Positions 54,560 through 64,000 of a stretch of DNA of 64,000 bases are shown here, piece by piece. The DNA is from the human T2T-CHM13v2.0 reference genome, Homo sapiens: assembly GCF_009914755.1 (NCBI RefSeq), contig NC_060939.1; one strand, written 5' to 3'. The notes beneath the pieces were generated by a model that had not been told where the DNA came from, searched no databases, and was given only the letters and a program-made list of their open reading frames with translations. The translations under genes were made by a program, and so were the position numbers. Position 1 is the first letter of the stretch. Each line of letters starts with the position of its first letter.

Positions 54560-55042
54560 CCATCCCAATATTAGAATTATCCAGCCATGCCTATCACCAC
54601 GTGACTTTGCAAAGCCTCCCACTGTAGTTGATGGAATATATTTCTCTGCTCCCTTGATGTTAGTCATATCATGGCATGGTTTGGCTAATGGAATGTAAGC
54701 AGAAGTGACCATGACAATCCTGAGTTGAGACCTTAAAAGGCATTATGTATTTCTACTCACCTCTCTTGTACTTCTGTCCCCCACTGTGGGAAGAATGTAT
54801 CTCAGGCAGGCAACTTGTTCTAGAATGATGAAGACATGTGAAGCAGATGTAAACCTGACCTGAAGATTGGAGTCCAGCCTAGCCCAGCCAAACATAGACA
54901 AGCCCAGCCAAGATCAGCCAAACTTTGTCTGATCTGCAGACCTGTGAGTGAGGAAAGAAAAAAGTCTGTTATTGTATGTCACTGAGAACATTCGAAGTAT
55001 TTATTGTGCAGCATTGTTGCAGCAATGCAGCTGACTAATATA
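54560..55042 (+). mobile_element. MLT1 (MaLR) LTR remnant
   Basis: TTTGGCTAATGGAATGTAAGCAGAAGTGAC, CCCAGCCAAGATCAGCC, and GCAGCATT..GCAGCAA..AGCTGACTAATA 3' end. Confidence 0.65.
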
Positions 55043-55662
55043 TACCCCTCTGGAATGTAAACTTCAGGACAGCAAGGCTTTTACAGTTTTGTTCACTGGT
55101 ATGTGCTCAGTGAGTAGAACAGTGTCTAGTATGCATAGGTGTTTAATAAATATTTGTTGAGTTAATTAATGCATTTGTGCTAAAGCCATAAAACTACTCA
55201 TAATCCCAAAGGGCAAGGTAAATGTTCAAGTGTGCAAAGAAACAGATATAATTGGCTCTGTTATAAATATAGTCAGTCAGAAGCTGGCACCAATGTATAG
55301 TGAATGAACCCTGCAATCAAATCAACAAGCAGCTTAAACTGGCAATAGATACATATGAAACTAAAGAATAGTTGATAAGAGGATCAGAAATAGAAGGTCC
55401 CAGTAGAATTTCAATAAAATAGATATTTACTCAAATATTACCATCACCTCTGAATTGGAGACTATTTTCAAAAATAGATGGGGCATCAGCTAAGTGTTCC
55501 AAAGAATAAATGAAATGGGCTATAGTCATCCATGAGCTGGCTGGTGGCAAAAATAGAAGTCAAGGAGGCCTTATAAAACAGCCCAATGTATATAGATAAA
55601 TCAAGAGAGCAAATGTTAAAGTATATAGGGAAAAAGTGAGTTTAGGTGTTTTTGAACTATTA

Positions 55663-56238
<576 letters not shown>

Positions 56239-58927
56239 TTACACTGTCCTTTGACTTAACTGGAGGTATGTTGAGGAACTATCATACTGTTTCTCTTGGA
56301 ACTTTATTACCTCCCTTAGGTGTTGTGATTAAGAACCACAACAGTTTTGAGCAAGTAGTAGATTCTGCCTCTTTAGCTGGGTGTCCAATGTTCAGAACAA
56401 TCCTAGACAAAGATTCAAGTACATGTATGTTGTTTGAAAGGTACAAATGGAATGCTGTGGGGAGCTGATGCCCCAACTAGCATCATCAACAGTTCCTCCT
56501 TTTCATATTTTGATCTCCACCTCAAGATGTAAAGCTGAACATAAGGTGGGAAAGAGAAGAGGGGAAGTGAGGAAGTGAAAAAGGGAAGAGAAGGGAACCA
56601 ATAAAGGATGCATTATCAAGCTTGCTTCCACTATGGTCAATAAGAGCTTAATCCTGCAGAGATAATGGAAGCAACATAAAATCCATGCTTCAGAGTTATA
56701 CCTCCCACACACAGGGGCAGGGATCTGGTTGAGGACTACTCAGAGCCAGATATTAATTCCTTAGAACATCTGGGCCAGCTTAGGGAGAGAATCCTTCCCT
56801 GGCTCCAGCAAAAGTCTTTAGGAAAACAGATGCAGATGTTGGCTACTGGAAGTCTGCCAGAAAACACACAAGCGTTAAGGCCCACAGGATACAGGTAGAG
56901 CACTGAAATCATCTACTACTAGGTCTGAGAAGGTCCACAGGACACAAACTAGTGATCAAAGGAACTAATTAGCACTACGGCCCAGAAAGACAACTCAAAT
57001 TAAAGATGTTATATCGTTCTCCTCTTGACAAATAGACATCATCTACCTTAGTTGAAACTAGAATGCTACTTCTTAGGACATTGACATTCCATCTGTAACT
57101 ACTTTATACATGAAGATTCATCCTGTTTTCTACCACATTATACAATACCTGGCCCCAAATACTCCTTTTTCTCATATTGTATTCAGTCCTGTTATTCTGA
57201 GATGAAGAAGAAGAGTGTGAAATGGGAGAAAGTATTGATGCCAGCTGGATGTGGTGGCTCACGCCTGTAATCCCAGCACTTTCAGAGGCTGAGGCGGGCA
57301 GATCACTTGAGGCCAGGAGTTGGAGACCAGCCTGGCCAATATGGTGAAGCCCCATCTCTACTAAAAATACAAAAGTTAGCCAGGTGTGGTGGCGCATACC
57401 TGTAATCCCAGCTACTTGGGAGGCTGAGATGGGAGAATCGCTTGAACCTAGGAGGTGAAGACTTCAGTGAGCCAAGATTGCGCCACTGCACTCCAGCCTG
57501 GATGACAGAGCGAGACCCCGTCTCAAAAAAGAGAAAGTACTGATGCCATTTGGGGCATTAAGTTCAGCTTCTATCAATGATATACTGGGAAAGAGATGAG
57601 CCAGAAAAATGAGAAACTGCCTCCTACCTGAATAATCACTAAGAAAATCATACCAGGCAAGTCTAGGAAAACTTCGCTACTTCATATGAGGAGGAGGGAG
57701 CTGGTCTCATTCTTGGACCATTGATACAGATCTACCAATCTATATACAATGTTGACATCATGTTTACCACTCAGAAATTGGCCCTGGCTTGTTTTATTTT
57801 GATCTCATTTCCTTTTCATTCATTAATTTAACAAATATTTCTTGAGTGCTTACAATGGATCTGAGATAAAAAGACAGACTCATGCTGTTTTCTGGAGCTT
57901 GTAATTTAGTGGAGAAGCAGATTATGCCACAAATAATTACTTAGTTACAATTGTGTTAAATGCTAAGAAGGACAAGTATAGAATACTATGAGTGTGTAAT
58001 ACAGAGATTACTCAATCCATGCTGAAGTGTAATGTCAAGGAAGACTTCACTAAGGAAGATTTAATCTAAGATTTGCAGAGTAGAGTTTGGCCAGGAGAAG
58101 GAGCAGCTGAAGAACAGCATTTGCAAGAAGGAGTTTAGGATGTTCCTGATACTAAAAGAAAGCCAGCGTGGCTTGAGAGCAGTAGTCACAGAAAAGAGTG
58201 GCAAAGATGAGGCTGGAAGGATGTGAAGAGCAGACAAGGACAAGATTTTGGAGGATTAGGGTGACAGAAGATAACATCAATTTTTGCTATTCTACATTTT
58301 TGCCAACATTTGTTGTTGTTAATCCTTTTAAATTTAGCCTTCCTAGTGAATATAAAATGGCACCTCATTATGTTTTAATTTGCATTTCCCTGGTGTTTAA
58401 CGATTTTGAGTACCTTTTCCACACCCATTCGTATAACTTCCTTTGTGTCTTTAATTTGTCCTCTTATTTTTAAAATTAGGTTATATTTTATTATTAATTG
58501 TAGGAGTTCTTTATGTATTGTGGATACAAGTTCTTTGTCAGATATGTTTTGCAAATCTTTTCTCCCAGCTTGTGGCTTGCCTACTCATTTTCTTAATAGT
58601 GTCTTTTAATGACCAGAAGTTTTAAAAATTATATTAACCATATCAGTTTCCAGTTACATGCATTCATCACTATAGATCTGAGTTACTACTTGATGGCACA
58701 TCTCATCAGACTGAATAACTTCTTTTAACATTTCTTGTGGTGGAGGTCTGCTGGCAATGAATTTTCTGTTCTTATGTGTCTGAGAATGGCTTTATTTCAC
58801 TTTAATTGTTGAAAGATAATTTTGCTGGATGTAGAATTCTGAGTTGACAATATTTTGTCTTTTGACATTTTAGCGATGTCATTCCATTGTTTTCTAGGCC
58901 CCATTATTTCCATCGAGAAGTCAGCTG

Positions 58928-59086
58928 ATATATATATAATATATATAATATATATATATATATTATATATATTATATATAATATATATAATATATATATA
59001 ATATATATGTATATTTTATATATTATATATGTATTATATATATTATATATATACACATACATACACACACACACACATACACATAT
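58928..59086. repeat. Long imperfect (TA)n followed by (CA)n
   Basis: Seen directly. Confidence 0.92.
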
Positions 59087-60463
59087 AATTGTTCCTCTGT
59101 CACATGTGGCTTTCCTCTGGCTGCTTTCAAGACTTTATTTTTGGTTTCAGCAGTTTGATTACAGTGTGCTTAGGTGTGGAGTTTCTTTGTATTCATCCTA
59201 CTTTGAATTCTTTGAGCTTTTTGGATCTGTATGTCAAAATCTTTTATAAAATTTGATCAGTTTTCAGCCATTACTTTTTCAAGTATTTTTTTCTGCCTCA
59301 ATCCTACTCATTCTAGGGCTCTTGTTCTACTTCTTGTTGTTATTCAACAGGACTCTGATGCTGTTTGTTTTTCTTCAGTCTTCTTTTCCTCTCCATTCTT
59401 CAGATTGGTCCAATTCTATTAACTTATTTCCAAGTTCACTGGCACTTTTTTCCTCACTGCCTCCAACCTGCTGTTGAGAACATACAGTGAATTTTTCATT
59501 TCATTTCATTTTTTTAATTATTTTTTTTTACTGCTCCTTGTGGAGCAGGGTTAACCCATAGGCCAATTTTTAAATTTTACTTGTTGTATTTTTCAATTCC
59601 AGAATTTCTATTTAGTTTGTTTTATACTTTCTGTATCCATGTTAAGAGGCTGTAACTGTTCATTCATTATTCATTTATCTTCTAAGTTATTATAAAAATG
59701 ATAATTACTTTTACTCAAGTAAAAGTAATGATAACTTTTACTTGAGTATGGATTATATTTTCCTGTTTCTTCACAGGTTTAGTGATTTTTTTAATTGACT
59801 ACTGTACATTATGTTTGATACATTGTAACAACCTCTACACTTTTCCATCTTCCTCCGAAGATGAGTTTGCTCTAAAAGACAGTTAACTTGCCTGACCTCA
59901 TTCTCCAAATGCTGTCTCCTACACAGTAGGCAACAGGTAAAATCTTGCACAGTCCTTTAAGCTTCCAAATGCTGTTTTTCCATAAGGCTCTCCGGAGTCA
60001 CCCCCATGGATATGTAGTTTAGTCATGAGCCAAGAATGTAGTCTGATTTTATATGCAGGTCTTAAAGCTCATCTCCTCTGCAACCCACTCTTTTTCATGA
60101 TTTCCCCCTAACTTTCTGGATACTCTACTAGGCTGATATTTTGTTTTTTGACACATCAAGCCAGTAAGCCATGGCTTTCTACTTCCTGAGCTGCATAGAA
60201 GCTGGGGAGTTATCTCAGGCAAAAACCCACAAACCCACAAATCTCTGACTTTATAGACACCTTTGAAGGGTAGACTTCCCTCCAGTTTGTGACTATTTTT
60301 GGTCACTCTTCAATACCTTCAAAGTATTGCTTGTTGTTGTGTTGGGTTTTATGCACTATTTTCTTTACATTTTCTTTCTTTTTTGCATTTTTAAAAATTG
60401 AGATAAACCATATAAAATTTATCATTTGAAAGTGTACAATTCACCAGACTTTCTTGACAATAA

Positions 60464-61619
60464 TTTTTAATAGACTTTATTTTTCAGAGCAGTTTTGGTT
60501 CACAGCAAAATTAAGCAGAAGTTATAAAGATTTCCCAAATACCCCCAGTCCACACACATGCATAGCCTCCCCTGTTATCAATAACCCCTAACGGAGTGTA
60601 CACTTGTTACAACTGATGAACCTACACTAACACATCATTGTCACCCAATGCACATAGTTTACATTTGTGTTCACTCTTGGTGTTGTACATTCTGTAAGTT
60701 TGAATAAATTTGTATGACATATATCCACCATTATAGTATCTTACAGAGTAGTTTCACTGCCCTAAACATCTTCTGGTCTCTGCCTAATGATCTCTCCCTC
60801 ATGGCTAACTACTGTCAACCACTCATCTTTATACTGTCTCCATAGTTTAGCCTTTTCCAGAATGTCATATCATTGGAATCATGCAGCATGAAGCCATTTC
60901 AGACTGGCTTCTTTCACTTAGTAATATGCACTTAAGTTTCCTTTGTATCTTATCATGGCTTGATAGCTCATTTCCTTTTAGCACTGAGTAATGTTATTTT
61001 GTTTGGATGTATCAGAGTTTATTTATCCATTTGCCTACCGAAGGACATTTTGGTTGGTTCCAAGTTTTGGCAATTATAAATAAGGCTGCTATGTGCAGGA
61101 TTTTGTGTGGACATAAGTTTTCAACTCAACTGGGCAAATACCAAAGGGCATAATTGCTGAATTATATGGTAATGGTATGGCTGTTGCTATGGGGTTGTTT
61201 TGGGGATATATGGGAAATCTCTGTAGCTTCTGCTTAATTTTGCTATGAACCTAAAACTGCTCTAAAGGTTAAAGTCTATTAAAAATGATTGTAAAAAAAC
61301 CCAACTGAATCATACACTTTCGAATGGTGAATTTTATCTCAAATTTTAATAAATGCAAAACAAAAAAAGAAAGAAAATATAAAGAAAACCGTGCATAAAA
61401 ACCAAACAACAACCACCACCACCAATTCATTGAAACTACCAAACTTTCTTCCAAAGTGGCTGTACCATTTTCATCCCTACCTGCAATGCATAAGAGTTCC
61501 TATTGCTCCACATCCTTGACTGCATTTGGTGTTGACAGTGTTCTGGATTTTGGCTAATGTAATAGGTGTTGTGGTGTTTCATTTTAATTTCCATTTCCCT
61601 GATGACATAGGATGTGGAA
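60464..61619 (-). mobile_element. Old L1M (L1MB/MC-like) 3' region
   Basis: TTTTTAATAGACTTTATTTT..GAGCAGTTTT 3' end; CCAAAGTGGCTGTACCATTTT motif; interrupted by an inverted duplication at 61201-61414. Confidence 0.7.

Positions 61620-64000
<2,381 letters not shown>

Overview
Human genomic DNA, recognisable as chr15q23. The left part holds HEXA exon 1 (minus strand, CDS 8524-8776), about 8.5 kb of HEXA intron 1, and its CpG-island promoter with CLEAR/E-box and ETS sites, followed by the divergent HEXA-AS1 region. Next come a full-length RPL12 processed pseudogene (minus), an Alu-dense intergenic stretch, and an SVA inserted at the inversion junction of an old 5'-inverted L1. The complete five-exon TMEM202 CDS (plus, 273 aa, claudin/PMP22-like) lies at 31658-41224 and carries a MER41 LTR in intron 2. 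The right part is repeat-rich, with three L1PA4/5-like elements. I see no new gene family or prokaryote-type system. The most notable observations are: (i) a perfect 10-bp inverted pair of A-MYB-type motifs abutting the TMEM202 ATG, with an SVA VNTR just upstream; (ii) an intact STAT GAS site in MER41; (iii) mosaic sharing of non-consensus variants among the three L1s, suggesting gene conversion; (iv) an L1 3' transduction; (v) a twin-primed L1 that keeps an open ORF1 N-terminus; (vi) several local duplication/inversion scars; (vii) cryptic exon candidates in HEXA intron 1. Repeat subfamily calls and consensus comparisons are from memory, and most repeat boundaries are approximate.
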